64,000 nt of DNA from Heterodontus francisci (Eukaryota): contig NC_090392.1 in assembly GCF_036365525.1 (NCBI RefSeq), positions 49,403,984 to 49,467,983 of the forward strand, given 5' to 3'. This document shows positions 12,306-25,120 of the stretch, piece after piece. Numbering within the stretch: position 1 is the stretch's first letter; the number at the start of each line of letters is the position of its first letter. Position numbers and translations under genes: made by a program. Under the pieces are notes generated by a model, which was given only the letters and a program-made list of their open reading frames with translations, was not told where the DNA came from and ran no database searches.

Positions 12306-13299
12306 GCGGTCAACCCCAACCTCAAATAAGTGCTCCCTTTATCACTACTGTGACATTTTTCACTCCTCATCACCAATTCCATGGTCTCTCTGAGTGAGAG
12401 GACCAAATTATTGCCAAACAGTGCCAGATTAGATGCAGTGATCCTAGTTTTCCATAATTTAATGTGATGATTGAAAATACGAATCTCATCGAGCAACAGG
12501 AAGGGAATGTTCGAGTGCAAGAGCAGAAAAAAATTAATACTGCAGCACTCAAATTATCACTGTGGAATGTAAAAGGTACTTGCACTACTGTGCTGATTTC
12601 ACTGGCAGGTGACCTCTGTGGAGTGGTGATTTCACTGGCATGGTGCTTTCACACGGCAGATTTATGCAACCTATGGTCATAATTTAACCTTCTAAACCCC
12701 TGGTGAATGGTTAGTTGGTCGTTCATTGCATTGTTTGTTGGTTATTTACTGTATGCAAGTTAGTTGCTGCGTTTACAGACATAATAACATTGACTGTTCT
12801 TCAAAGTATGAGAAATGGTGATTGTGAAATGTCGTCAGGTGTTGGGTAAATGTCAGCTCTCTCTATTCTACATGACGTTTGTATTATGTGTTACTTTTTG
12901 CCATAGTGATACTTGATATGTTCCATTATTGTTCATATCCCTGGGGTTTGAGGTGTGACAAATCCTTTCCATCTCCGGCACTAGGTGATGGGTGTGTTTC
13001 CTTGCTAATCTGGGACGTGCTGAGACAGAGTTCTCCAGAGTGCCAGTGATTTTTTTCTTTAGATGTAATCTGTTTTTATGTAATTTTCCTTCCTTATCTT
13101 TCCCAATATGCTCCAGAAAGCAGACCCTCCCCCATGATATTTCGCCTAAGCTGCCACCCTTTATATGTCAGCCCACAAGGTGTTGGTCAGCTATTCGAGA
13201 GTGGGCAGCATCACATGAGCCTCATCAAGCCTTGCCTGCTTTCCACAGATGGGATTTCCTAAAAGAGAGTCACTGAAGAACAGTCTGTTGTTGCAACCC

Positions 13300-13615
13300 T
13301 TTGGTATCCCTTCCCTCGGAACTCCCTCCCTTGGGATCCTCTCCCTTAGGGCAGTGAGGAATTTCATTCCCTTTGGGCACCCTCCCTTGGGACACCCTCC
13401 TACTGGAACCCTTCCCTCAAGACCTGCACTCTCAGGACAGGAATCCCCTTCCCTTGGGACCCTCTCCCTCAAGAGCCCTTCCTCAGACTGGTAGGGAACC
13501 CTTGCCCTCAGGACAGTGGGGGACCCCTTCCCTCAGGACCCTCTCCCTTTGGATGGTAAGTGTCCCCTCCCTGAGGACATTCTCCTTCAGGACTGTGTGG
13601 GACCATCTCCCCTAG
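13300..13615. repeat. Degenerate ~15-bp C-rich tandem repeat (CCCTCTCCCTCAGGA-like)
   Basis: Recurrent ccctcaggac/cccttgggac units; PSLG/PSLR periodicity in overlapping ORFs. Confidence 0.7.
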
Positions 13616-13873
13616 CTTGGCTGAGATGAGCTAACCTAGCTGCAGAGTCTCAATGGTCTGTATCGCTCAGTACCATACAAACCAGGTTATTTGCGGTCAT
13701 TTGACATCTGTTGATACAGAGCAGCAAATGCCAGGAAACCTTTTTGTTGAGGTCATAATACTTTCTGAAACTCAGATTCCATTGATTAATTTCTCCTGTG
13801 GTTGCTGTCTCTGAGCTCTTTGATCTGCTCTGACTATTTGGGAGGATTCCTCCCTGTCTGTTGTACTGCACTC

Positions 13874-14243
13874 TAGAGCTACCAACTCCAATTGGATGTA
13901 TCCGTGGAGATTTTATCACATGACCTCCCATCTCCAAATTCCCCACCCCCACACACCTGCTATTGGTCAGCTGACACACCCATCCCCCCTGGCCCCGCCT
14001 TCATATGCCAATAGGAAAGTGAACATTACTCAGGTGGATAATTCTTGACTATGAGTCAGATTGCCTTTCATTTATCTCCAATAATTTTATAACCTATAAA
14101 TGACACATGAAAGTGTTGAAAGAACATTTTTTAAATGTTTTAATGATTCTATGATTTTTCTCCCAGATTTGCTCACAACAGCGTCCTGGAGATTAACCTT
14201 TAATTCCTGGTGACTCCAGGTCTATCCTGGAGGGTGCACTCTA
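13874..14243. mobile_element. Possible decayed non-autonomous hAT-like element
   Basis: Ends resemble degenerate AGGGTTGCCAAC-type TIRs (agagctaccaactcc ... ggagggtgcactct); weak. Confidence 0.35.
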
Positions 14244-15639
14244 TAGTATGATGCGCTCCCACCCTGGTCTTAAAATGAATCCAACAGAGTGTTTCTCCTC
14301 AGGGATTCAGGAGCTGCTCCAGATGCTGCCACTGCTGTGTCAGACAGTGAGTTGGATGTGAGGTGGGATTTACGGCAGGTCTCACAGCAAACGGTATAGC
14401 ATAAGACACATGATCGAAACTGCTGATAAAAGCAGAATTATTTCTCCAGCACAACGCAGTGGAGGATAGTTACGGAATCTGAATGATGCACGTAAAATCA
14501 ATCTCAGTCACGAGCAGCAGTGTCCAGGCATGACTGACAGTGGAATTACCCAATTATCTCTATACTGGTGGGAATAGGGATGCCAATATATGCAGACAAG
14601 GATTTGGGGAGGTAGGAGATTCACTTCGGAAAAGCATTAGGTTGGAAACAATTAACTGTGGCAAACTGCAGTACCATGGGGAGGGGATCCACATTATGAG
14701 AGAACCACACCAACTTATTTTAATTAAAATCTATTTGAACCCACCCTGAGCCATTTTACAATGAAAGGTTATTGTTCTGTCTGACTTGCAGGGACTTGGC
14801 AGGAGGCCAATCCAAACGAAACCCCTCCATCATACCCTCAGGGACCCATAATGTTCGTCTGTCAATGTTTTTATAGGAAGCTCTTTTAAGTGTTGCCTCT
14901 TCCTTTATCATCTTCGAGTTTTGTCTTGGTGTTACAGCTGCAGCAGAGGCCTATGCTTCTGATGTGCTCTGCACTCACAGCCTGACTCTCAACAATGCTG
15001 CCTCTTCTGTTTTTATCCCTGCAAATTCCACCCTCCACAAACTGATGAGATGAACTTAGTCCATCCCAAGCCCCCGATTATTACCAACCCCGCTTTGGGA
15101 AAGTGGGCCGAGATGCGGGGGGGTGGGGAGCAGGGGTGGGTAGTGTAATTAAACTAAGGCCAGTCATCTACCCCCCTTACCCTGCTGCCTTCCTGCTGTG
15201 TCCCAAGTGGACAAGCTGGACACTCACAAGTATGCAGGCCGGGCCTGATGGCGTTATCAGGTACCGATTTGCAATGTAAGTTGGAGACCTGAGCGGGAGA
15301 GCATGACATCTTCTCCATCAGGCCAGACCTACCAGGAGAGGGAATGTGGGCCAGAAGAGGCCCAGTCTGGAAAGCGTGATTTTTATTTTAGGTTTCCTTA
15401 TGGGCGAGGAGAGGCAGAAATTGTCCTCTGGGCCTCACAAGTAAGCCTCAGGCCTTGCTTGCCTCAGGCTCTCCCTTCCCAACCCCCACCCCGTTCAATG
15501 ACAGAACCCCACCTCTCCCTCAACTGGCTGCTAGGGAGCGTTTCCACAGGTCTCCAGCTGTGGCCTTATGCTGCCCAAATTCCTGTTCCTGCCCACCAGC
15601 CAGCTAGTGGATCAGGGGCTCAAGTCTTGCTCACCCATC

Positions 15640-15900
15640 CCCCCTGTCCTCGCTGACATACGTTGGCTATGATCCCTCAGCAATTTAACTTTAAAATTCT
15701 CATTCTTAGTTTAAATTCCTCCCAAGGTTCGCCCCTCCCTTCAGCATTTCTTCCTCCTAAATTCTCTGTTCCCCTGACTCCACCCTCTTGTGAATCCCTT
15801 TCTTTCTTGCCCAAACTGTGCCTTCAGTCATCTACATCCCAGTTTCCGGAATTTTTTCCCTAAATTCTACCTCTCCACCTCCCTCTCCTCCTTTAAGACC
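15640..15900 (+). mobile_element. L2 LINE 3' fragment
   Basis: Decayed LHWL..QQFNFKILIL motif; ends ccctctcctcctttaagac as in 38295-38705. Confidence 0.6.
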
Positions 15901-16124
15901 ATTGGCTGAAGGAGGTCAGGTCATTGGCCTTAGAGTGCAGCTACAGCAGTTCTTACGTTTCCAGTGTAAACACTGAGGTCTGAGCTTAACAACAGCTGAC
16001 CTTGTGCTGAATGGAATGCTCGACTGACCTTGCAGAACATGGGCTCAGCCAACTTCAGCGAGCCCACTGACCAGTGTGGTTCTGGATTAGGCTCAGTCTC
16101 ACACTCGGAACGGGACTTACATTT

Positions 16125-16420
16125 GCAAGTGTCTTACTCAAATCGGAGCAGCCACCTTTTGCAAAGCAAGATCCCACAAAATAAAAGCAAATGAGATGAG
16201 TTTTTGATTGCGAGAGGAATGCTGGGCAGGACACGAACAGAACTTCCTTTCTTCTTTGATTTGCACCATATTTTTATTTTTCTTAAACTGAGGCCTTCTC
16301 TGAGGAAGTTAAACATCTTATCCGAAAGACAGTACCTCCGATAGTACAGCACTCCCTCAATAGTGGATTATGCGCTGAAGTCCTGAACCAGGCCTTGAAA
16401 CCTTGCCTTGGGTCAAGCTG
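16125..16420 (-). mobile_element. DeuSINE (SacSINE1/AmnSINE-like) fragment
   Basis: gcaagatcccacaaa and tccgaaagacagtacctccgatagtacagcactccctca are the reverse complement of the 24815-25120 core. Confidence 0.7.
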
Positions 16421-17029
16421 ACGCTTGTGAGCACATATTCATCTAAAAGTTGCAAAAGTTGCTTCATTTCTTTTAGCAATGTTTTTGTCACTCATTTTTC
16501 AGTTTCTGATAAAAGGTCAAATCAACCACAGACAAAATGCTGATTCTCAGTGATACAAAATACATTTCACTGACACAGTTCTGATCTTCCCCTGGCAGGT
16601 TTGCAAACCATGTTTACTTTGTATTGGGCCCTATCTCTCTTCCTGACCCTGTGATACAGTTCTGACTTCCCTTCAATATGAAAACAATGCCAAAGTTATC
16701 TTTCTTGTGCAATCTTACCCGCAAATAAGTGAAGGAAGTTTCTGAGCAATAAAAACCAGACTCTATCTTAACGCAGAGCAATTGGGACATCTGGTTTCCA
16801 GACTGGAGACAATGGCTTAAAGGCCTTGAACTGATGTTTTCAGCTGATGAAGGATGAACTGGGAGATGAAGAAGAGATATTCTTTGTTCTATGTTTAACA
16901 CTCCAGTTGTAGCCTTTTTGGCTCTGATAGATTTCAAAATGAAATTCTTGCCTCATGACGATCCTTTAAGGTTTATTGAGATGGTGCTGGCGTGCTCACA
17001 GGAATTTCTGGATCTGTGTAGAATCTTAT

Positions 17030-19270
17030 ACTTAAACAAAGACAATTACGTAGGCATGAGGGGAGAACTGACTAAGTTGAATTGGGTAAACAGAATAAAA
17101 GGTATGGCAGTAAATGAACAGTGGGAAACCTTTAAAAAAAAACAAAAATACATTCCTTTGAAAAGCAAAAACTCAGCCAGAAAGACCCATCCGTGGCTCA
17201 CTCAAGAAGTTAAGGATAGTATTAGATTAAAAGAAAAGGCTTACAATGTTGCAAAAAAGAGTAGCAAGTCTGAGAATTGGGAGTGTTCTAGAAACCAGCA
17301 AAGGGCCACCAAAAAGTTGATAGAAAAGGAAAAAATAGAACATGAGAGTAAACTAGTCAGTAACATAAAACCAGATTGCAAGAGCTTTTATAGGTATAGC
17401 AAAAGGAAGAGAGTAGCTAAAGTAAACATTGGTCCCTTGGAAGCAGAGACAGGAGAAATTATCACGGGGAATGAGGAAATGGCAGAGGCACTGAACAAAT
17501 ATTTTGTGTCTATCTTCACAATAGAAGACACAAGTTCCATACCAGAAATAGATAGTAACCGAGGGGCTAAAAAGAGTGAGGAAATTAAGGAAATTCATAT
17601 CAGCAGAGAAGAAGTATTGGAGAAACCTAATGAACTAAAATCTGACAAATCTCCAGGCTCTGATGGTCTACACCTCGGGTCCTAAAAGAGATAGCTGCAG
17701 ATATAGTGGATGCGCTAGCTATGATTTTCCAAAATTCCTTAGATTTGGGAACGGTCCCATCAGATTGGAAGTTGGCAAATGTTGCACTGCTTTTCAAGAA
17801 ATGAGGGAGAGAGAAAACAGGAATATACCTAACATCAGTCATTGGGAAAATGCTGAAATCTTTTCTTCAGGAAATCCTAAAAATGCACTTAGAAAAACAC
17901 AGTATGATTAGAACAAGTCAACATGGTTTTACTAAAGGGAGATCCTGTTTGACAGATTAATTAGAGTTTTTTGAGGATGTAACTAGTAGGGTAGATAAAG
18001 GGGAACCAGTAGATGTAGTATACCTGGATTTCCAAAAGGCATTCAATAAGGTGCCACACAAAAAATTAATTGGCAAGATAAGGACTCATGGAGTTGGAGG
18101 TAATATATTAGCATGGATAGATTGGTTAACAGACAGGAAGCAACGAGTGGGCATAAATGGGGCATTTTCAAGTTGGCAGGCAGTAAATAGTGGAGTGCCG
18201 CGTGGATCAGTGCTGGTGCCTCAGCTATTTATAATCTATATTAATGATTTAGATGAAGAGACAGAGTAATGTATCTAAAGAAGGGTCACTGACCCGAAAC
18301 GTTAACTCTGCTTCTCTTTCCACAGATGCTGCCAGACCTGCTGAGTGAATCCAGCATTTCTTGTTTTTGTTAATGTATCTAAGTTTGCTGATGATACAAA
18401 TGTAAGTGGAAAGGTAAGCTGTGGGGAGGATACAGAGGCTGCAAAGAGATATAGACAGGTTAAGTGAGTGGGCAACAAGATGACAAATGGAATATAATGT
18501 AGAGAAGTGTGAAGTTATGCACTTTGGTCATAAGAATATTTCTTAAACGGTGTGCAACTTGTAAGTGTGGATGTTCAAAGAGACTTGGGGGTGCTTGTAC
18601 AAGGAATGCAGAAAGCTAACAAACAATTAGGAAGGCCAACGGCATGTTGGCCTTTATTGCAAGGGGATTGGAGTACAGGAATAGGGAAGTATTGCTACAA
18701 TTGTGCAGGGTTTTGGCAAGACCACATTTGGAATACTGTGTGCAGTTTTGGTCTCCACATTTAAGAAAGGATATACTTGCATTGGAGGCAGTGCAACAAA
18801 GATTGGCCCCTGGGTTGAGGGGTTGTCCTGTGATAAGAGATGAAGTAAATTGGGCCTGTATTCTCTGGAGTTTAGAAGAATGAGAGGTGATCTCATTGAA
18901 ACATATAAGATTCTAAAGAGGCTGGATAAGGTAGACACTGAGAGATTGTTTCTGCTGGTGGAGGAATCTAGAATGCAGGGGAAAAGTCTCAGGATAAGGA
19001 ACCAATCGTTCAGGACTGAGACGAGGTGAAATTACTTCACTCAAAGGGTTATGAATCTTTGGAATTCTCTACCCCAGAGTGTTGTGGAGTCTTCACCGTT
19101 GAATACATTTAAGACTGGGATAGACAGATTTTTGGTCTCTCAGGAAATCAAGGGATATAGCGAGTGGGCAGGAAAATGGAGTTGAATTCTAAGATCAGCC
19201 ATGATGATTATGAATGGTGGAGGAGGCTCCATGAGCAATATGGTCTACTCCTGCTCTTTTTTCTTGTGTC
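17030..19270 (+). mobile_element. CR1 LINE, 5'-truncated, frameshifted ORF2 (RT)
   Basis: [69 protein letters not shown]; CR1 3'UTR. Confidence 0.95.
18279..18370 (+). mobile_element. Penelope-like terminal fragment inserted in CR1 with 12-bp TSD
   Basis: TAATGTATCTAA at 18267-18278 and 18371-18382 flanks gaagggtcactgacccgaaacgttaactctg...cagatgctgccagacctgctgag. Confidence 0.85.
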
Positions 19271-19359
19271 CTTTTGTTTATAGTACATGGCTGTCAATCA
19301 TTAAATCCTGACAAGCAATCTTGAGGAAGGAAGGATTGCTTATAAGAATCAGGTGGTCC

Positions 19360-19704
19360 ACCTCCATATTCCTGCTGTAGGAATGCACCGGAGTTACCTT
19401 CACAGATCCTTCCTCCCCTCTGACCTCTGCCACTGAGAAGACCAAGAACTGCAATGTTGTGGGAACACCATCACCTCCAAGTTCTCCTCCAAGTCACACA
19501 CCATTCTCACTTGGCCATTTATCATTGTTCCTTCATTGTCGCTGGGTCAGAATCATGGAATTCTCTATTTCATGCTATTGTAGTAGGACAATCATCATAC
19601 AGGACTGCAATGCTTCAAGAAGAAGGCCTACCACTACCTTCTCAGGGCAACTGGGATGGGAAATAAATGTTGCCTTGCAACCACTGTCCACATCCCAAGA
19701 ATGA
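19360..19704 (+). mobile_element. Second-family LINE 3' end
   Basis: gggaacaccatcacctccaagttc...cttcattgtcgctgggtcagaatcatggaa...ttctcagggcaactgggatggg; reverse complement of 8706-9210. Confidence 0.7.
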
Positions 19705-19925
19705 AGGTGTAACAGCGGAGAGCTCCATTTGATAATGAAATGTGCCAGTTTTATTTAGTAGTATTCTTTCAGCACTAATTATCATTATCACTTGGATTCA
19801 TTAAGGAGGTCTTAAGGTCTTCTTCAAAGATCTTCATATCCCAGTGGGGACTTTCTTCCTTTCCTAAGCATGTAGCCATTTTTTGACCACTTGAGATATC
19901 TATTTGAGTGTAGATTATTGTCATT

Positions 19926-20050
19926 CAAAAGCAAAAAACTGCAGATGCTGGAAATCTGAAATAAAACAGAAAATGCTGGAAATACTCAGCTGGTCTGGTA
20001 GCATCTGTGGAGAGATGAAAGGTTTTTGACCTGAAGCGTTAACTCTTATT
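19926..20050. mobile_element. Penelope-like terminal fragment with an inverted segment
   Basis: ctgcagatgctggaaatctgaaataaaacagaaaatgctggaaatactcagc (reverse orientation) joined to gatgaaagg..gacctgaagcgttaact (forward orientation). Confidence 0.7.
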
Positions 20051-20057
20051 CTTTACT

Positions 20058-20432
20058 TTATTGAAACATATAAGATCCTGAGGGGTCTTGACAGGGTGGA
20101 TGTGGAAAGGATGTTTCCCCTTGTGGGAGAATCTAGAACTAGTGGTCACTGTTTAAAAATAAGGGGTCGCCCATTTAAGAAAGAGATGAGGAGAATTTTT
20201 TTCTCTGAGGGTCGTGAGTCTTTGGAATTCTCTTCCTCAAAAGGCGGTGGAAGCAGAGTCTTTGAATATTTTTAAGGCAGAGGTAGATAGATCCTTGATA
20301 AGCAAGGGGGTATAAGGTTATCGGGGATAAGTGGAAATGTGGAGTAATCAGTCCAGCCATGAACTTACTAAATGGCGGAGCAGGCTTGAAGGGCCGAGTG
20401 GCCTACTCCTGCTCATAATTCGGATATTCGTA
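20058..20432 (+). mobile_element. CR1 LINE 3' fragment
   Basis: IETYKILRGLDRVDVERMFPLVGESRT...RVVSLWNSLP; 3'UTR ggccgagtggcctactcctgctc. Confidence 0.92.
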
Positions 20433-20436
20433 TGTT

Positions 20437-21090
20437 TACCTTTAATGTAGCTAAAAAAAAATCCCAAGGCGCTTCACAGGAGCATTATCAAACAAAATTT
20501 GATGCCGAACCACATACAATTTTATTAAGGCAGATGACCAAAAGCTTGGTCAAAGAGAGAGTTTTTAAGGAGCATCTTAAAGAAGGAAAGTGCAGAAGAG
20601 AGTCAGAGAGGTTTAGGGAGGGAATACCAGAGCTTCAGGCCTAAGAAGCTGAAACACAGCTGCCATTGTTAAAGCGAGTAAAACCGGGAATGGTCAAGAT
20701 ACCAGAATTGGAGTGCAGATATCTCAGACGGTTGTAGGACTGGAGGAGGTTACAGAGATAGGGAAGGGGCAGGCCATGGAGGGATTTGAAAATAAGGTTG
20801 AGAATTTTGAAATCAAGGCATTTCTTAACTGGGAGCCAGTGTAGATTAGGGAACACAGAAGTGATGGGTGAAAGACAATGGCTTCAGTCTTCCCAATATT
20901 TAATTGGAAAAACATTTAGCTCATCCAGTATTGAATGTTAGCAAAGCAGTCTGACAATTTATAGACAGTGCAGGAGAAGAAAGAGGAGCCATTGCAGTAA
21001 GAATGGAACCAGGCAGATGCAGTTCCACCTAGCTAGATGGTGCTGGAGGGGCATTGGAAGAGGATGGTGTGGTCAACTGTGTCAAAGGAG
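20437..21090 (-). mobile_element. L2 LINE 3' fragment with internal deletions
   Basis: Minus-strand ORFs FQLNIGKTEAIVF and LHWLPVKKCLDFKILNLIFKSLHGLPLPYL. Confidence 0.85.
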
Positions 21091-21139
21091 TGAGCATCTC
21101 TCACTTTCAGTATATCTGTCTGCCTCTATCCCTTTATGA

Positions 21140-21845
21140 CTGTATCCCTATGCCTCTGATTGATTCTATCTTGTCGCTAGCAAGGCCAGCCCTAGCTGGC
21201 CTTGAGAAGGCAGCAGGGGACCTTTTGATTGAATCGCTGCAAGTGAAGATGGATTTTGATCCAGTGATGATGAAGAAATGGTGATTATATATCCTAGTGA
21301 GGAGGCAGTATGATTTGGAGAGGATCTTAGAGGCATTTACCTACTGCCCTTTTTCTTCTAGGTGGTGGACATTGCAGCTCTGGAAGATGCTGTTGCAGAA
21401 TCCTTGGTAAGTTGCTGTAGTTAATCCTGTAGTTATTAAACATGGCAGTCACAGTTCGCCAATGATGGAGGGAGCAGATGTTCAAGCTGGGGCATGGGGT
21501 GCCGATCAAGCAGGCTGCTTTGTTCTGGCTGCCATGCTTCTTGGGTGTTGCGGCTTCACCATACAGACAAATGGAGAGTACATCACCCTCCGAACTAGTG
21601 CCTTGTAGGTGAGGGGGAGGCTTTGGGGAGTCAGGAGGTGAGACTCTTGTCATAGAATACCCAGCCTCTGGCCTGCTCTTGTAGTCATGGTATTTATGTG
21701 ACTGGTCCAGTTAAGCTTCTGATCAATGGTGACCTCCAGGATATAGATTGTAGGGGATTCAGCGATGGTAATGTCATTGAATGTTGAGGGGAAGTCGTTA
21801 GATTTTCTCTTGTTGGAGATGGTCATTGCCTGGTACTTGTGTGAT
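21140..21845 (-). mobile_element. Second-family LINE ORF2/3' fragment
   Basis: QNKAACLIGTP..SLNICSLHHWRTV motif; homologous to the 8706-9210 family. Confidence 0.7.
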
Positions 21846-22014
21846 GTCTTCTATACATCAGATTGCTGTGACCCAGAGCAGATCTCACAGGATAGGCAAG
21901 TCATGATTAGTCAGCAAGCAAGAAAGCTGGTTTATACTAAATTTGACTCAGTGGCATCTTGAAGTAAACAATGGTGTGGGCAGCATTGTTACTCATCTTC
22001 TGTGGTGCTGAGTT

Positions 22015-22350
22015 ATAAAAGTCAGGAAGGCCCCAAGGTTGACCTCTGGCTTGTGTTGACTCATCTGATTTTAGTAGCAACAGCAGATGTGACTCAACAA
22101 TTGGCCTAAACGTTTCTTAGATAGGAATAGGATAAATCTGTCAGGGCCCTCACCCAACCCACCCCCTGACCATTCACCAGTGAGCCCTCTTGGTAAGTTT
22201 GTGCATTACATTAGGTAAAGACAGAATCAAGTCTGGTGCTGAGCTCTGCCCATGTTCAAATATCCTGCCAACAATCAGCATCTGGGCACACATGTGTAGA
22301 ATGGCCCCTTGGGGTGAGGTACCAGAGGGCAAATGGTGCTGGTGGAACAT
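22015..22350 (+). mobile_element. Old tRNA-type SINE, third family (unnamed); relatives at ~26040-26410 (-), 45100-45320 (+) and 13610-13700 (-)
   Basis: Shared motifs gagttagctgat/ctcatctgat, acaattggcct, gaatggcc..ttg..gaggtacc between copies. Confidence 0.45.
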
Positions 22351-24814
22351 GGAAGCCCCTCAACAGTTGAGAGAAAGGGCAAGAAAATTCAACAGGGGGA
22401 GGTGAACCACGTTTCAAAAGATCCATTCATATAAATGTCCCTGTGACTCAGTGCATGTCCCACATGGGACTCATCACCAGGTCTTCATTCACAGTCATCT
22501 TTAAATGAAAATTGTCAAGAGCGGCTAAATCAATCTCAGCAAAGGGATAAATGCCAAGAAGATACTTTCCTTTGGCAATTCTCCTCAGATCTCCTGCTTT
22601 TTAAGTTATAACCTCAGGGGCTCAGATTTTTGAACTGGATCAATCTAACCTTCCAGTTAAATTAAAAGCAGCAGAATGTATGTTATGCTGCTGAGGTATT
22701 GTGTGGAATGATCACTCCCTCATTTATAGGAGACAATCTGAAATATTGTTTTTGCACAACAAAAGAATCATTTGTTTGAAGGGCTATTTCAATAAGCGAC
22801 CGCATCAAATATGAATGATGGGATCAGACAGTTTGCCGTTGCTAATGAACTATGAAGAAAAGTGAGTTTAAAAGAAAAAGTGTCAGGTTATGAATGCGGT
22901 GCTGTTTCCAGTAAACAGAAAAGCCAGCTTTAGGAGCCAATATTCCCAGGAAAATGAAGAAACATCCGTCTGTGTCTCATTTCAGAGAATGGAATTACCC
23001 TTGTGGCTTTGACCTTCTATAGGAATCTACAGGGAACTTATTGAGCACGGACTGTGCCCTTTGACCTGCCAGTTTTGTGGCTCCTGCAGTTGCAAGCAGT
23101 AATTCATCAATGTCAAACAGGCCTTAGGGATCATATTATTCCTTTTAGTGGTTCCTCCCTGTGTATTAATAAGAGATTAGGCTGAATACCTGGCTTCCCC
23201 AGGGCCTTTGTTTCTGAATGTGGTGCTGGGTATTATGGGGGAAATTCTAGTGAAAGATCCTTAATGGCTGCTAAAGGGATTATGGGAATATTTTTGGCAC
23301 GACATGTCGAAACGCACTCGTCTCTAAGACTTGAGGGATATCCCAGCTCGGCTGGATGACAGTCTTTTTGTACAAAGTGTGGTGGGAGAAGAGATCCTTC
23401 CTCAGCAAACAATATGGCAGCTCTGTAAGTGCTCTGTCCTCACCAAGGTTTTTGGATGGAATTCAGATCCTGCGACTGTTTTAGACTCACTGAGTGAATC
23501 ATTAGTAGCCATCATTCAGTAGAACAGAAATGAGCCATCACCCAGTCTCATTCCAACCCTATCCTAACACCCACTCCTGGGTACAGCCATCAGGGGGAGG
23601 AGAGGAGCTCAAATATTTTTACAAAATGAGGATTGACACCATTGTCAGCCAATGAGTTGGAGGCAGGGCGGGACTCACAGCAGTCTATTTACTCAGCAAA
23701 CAGAGTCTATTTAAACAGTCTCTATGAACTATCACAAACAAAACTCATGACCAAACCTCCTGATAAAAGCAGAATTATTTCACCAGCAAAATGCAGTGAG
23801 TGGAGGATAGTTGCAACATGCAAATTATGTACATAAAATTAATTGCAGTGACTAACCGTAGTACAGTCTGCTCGCGTGAGTGACGGGGGAATTAGTCATC
23901 TCCATTCTGGCTTGGTGACAATAGTGTGTCAGGCATTGTAGAAAGGAAGTGGAATTTGGCTGAATTTCAAAAATCTTAATTAGCGCAAAAACGATACTTT
24001 TGCGCAAAATGATTAACTCACCAGGGCTGCTCACACACACCCTTCTGCCATCCTCACCCTCCAGAACATAACCAGGTGACAGTTGTATTGGCAATGGGTG
24101 TGTGATCGTGCCCCTTTGGCAGGTTGAAGTTGTGCGAAGGGAATGGGCACATCAGATCTTCCAGCTCTCCTGTGTCTCAAGGGCCATGTGATTTCACACC
24201 CACTATGTCCGAAAATGTGGCTGCAATGAGATGATGTCACTTACCCAATGGGCAACAGTTTGACAAGTTGGAAGTTGCCTCCTGGTCTGATACGTTTTTA
24301 AAAAATATGCCTCCAAATTCTGCAATCCAGAAACGAAAACAATTCAAGATTTACTATACATAGAATTTACAATACAGAAACAGGCCATTCAGCCCAACTG
24401 GTCTATACTAATTACAAAATTAAAAGTTGAACATAATATACCTGTCACTCCAATCAATCGATGAAACGTGGAAGCTGAACAAGCTGAGGGAATATGAAGA
24501 AGGTAAGGCATTTGGGCTGATTCTAGTTCTCTTTAACTGTTCCTGGTATGATTCTATAGGCACATGGGTGCTCTACAATACCCATAAATGCCACACAGCA
24601 TTTCATGGCCCCGGCAGAGGCCTAGTTCACCTGCTGGCGGATAAAACACAGCTCTGAACAGCTCCCTCTCCCCTCAGTGCCATGTCTGTCCAAGCACCAA
24701 ATGGAATGATCCTGGCTGCTGAATATGGCACGCTGGAATCCTTGTCGTCCCTATGCTAACTTCTTCTCTCCTAGGATCAAAAAACCCCTCAGATCCCTCA
24801 GTATATCCTCCCTC

Positions 24815-25120
24815 TTACAATCTGTAGTCTTGTACTGAGGAAATGCTGCACTGTCAGAGGTGCCGTCTTTCAGATGAGATGTTAAACCAAGGCCCTGTCT
24901 GTCCTCTCAGTTGGACAGAAGAGATGCCATGGCACTATTTGAAGAATGGGTGGGGGAATTATCCCCGGTGTCCTGGCCAATATTACTCCCTCATGCAACA
25001 TCGCTAAACCAGATTATCTGTTCATAATCTCGTGCTGTTTGTGGGATCTTGCGTGTGCAATTTGGCTGCTGTGTTTCCTACATTACAACTGTGACTGCAC
25101 TTCAAAAATACTTCATTCTT
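24815..25120 (+). mobile_element. DeuSINE (SacSINE1/AmnSINE-like)
   Basis: Deu-domain-like gtctttcagatgagatgttaaaccaaggcc...ccatggcactatt...tgtgggatcttgc...aattggctg...acattacaac. Confidence 0.8.

Noticed and set aside
16891-17685. 264-aa ORF as a host gene
   Set aside because: Chance read-through from flanking DNA into a decayed CR1 ORF2
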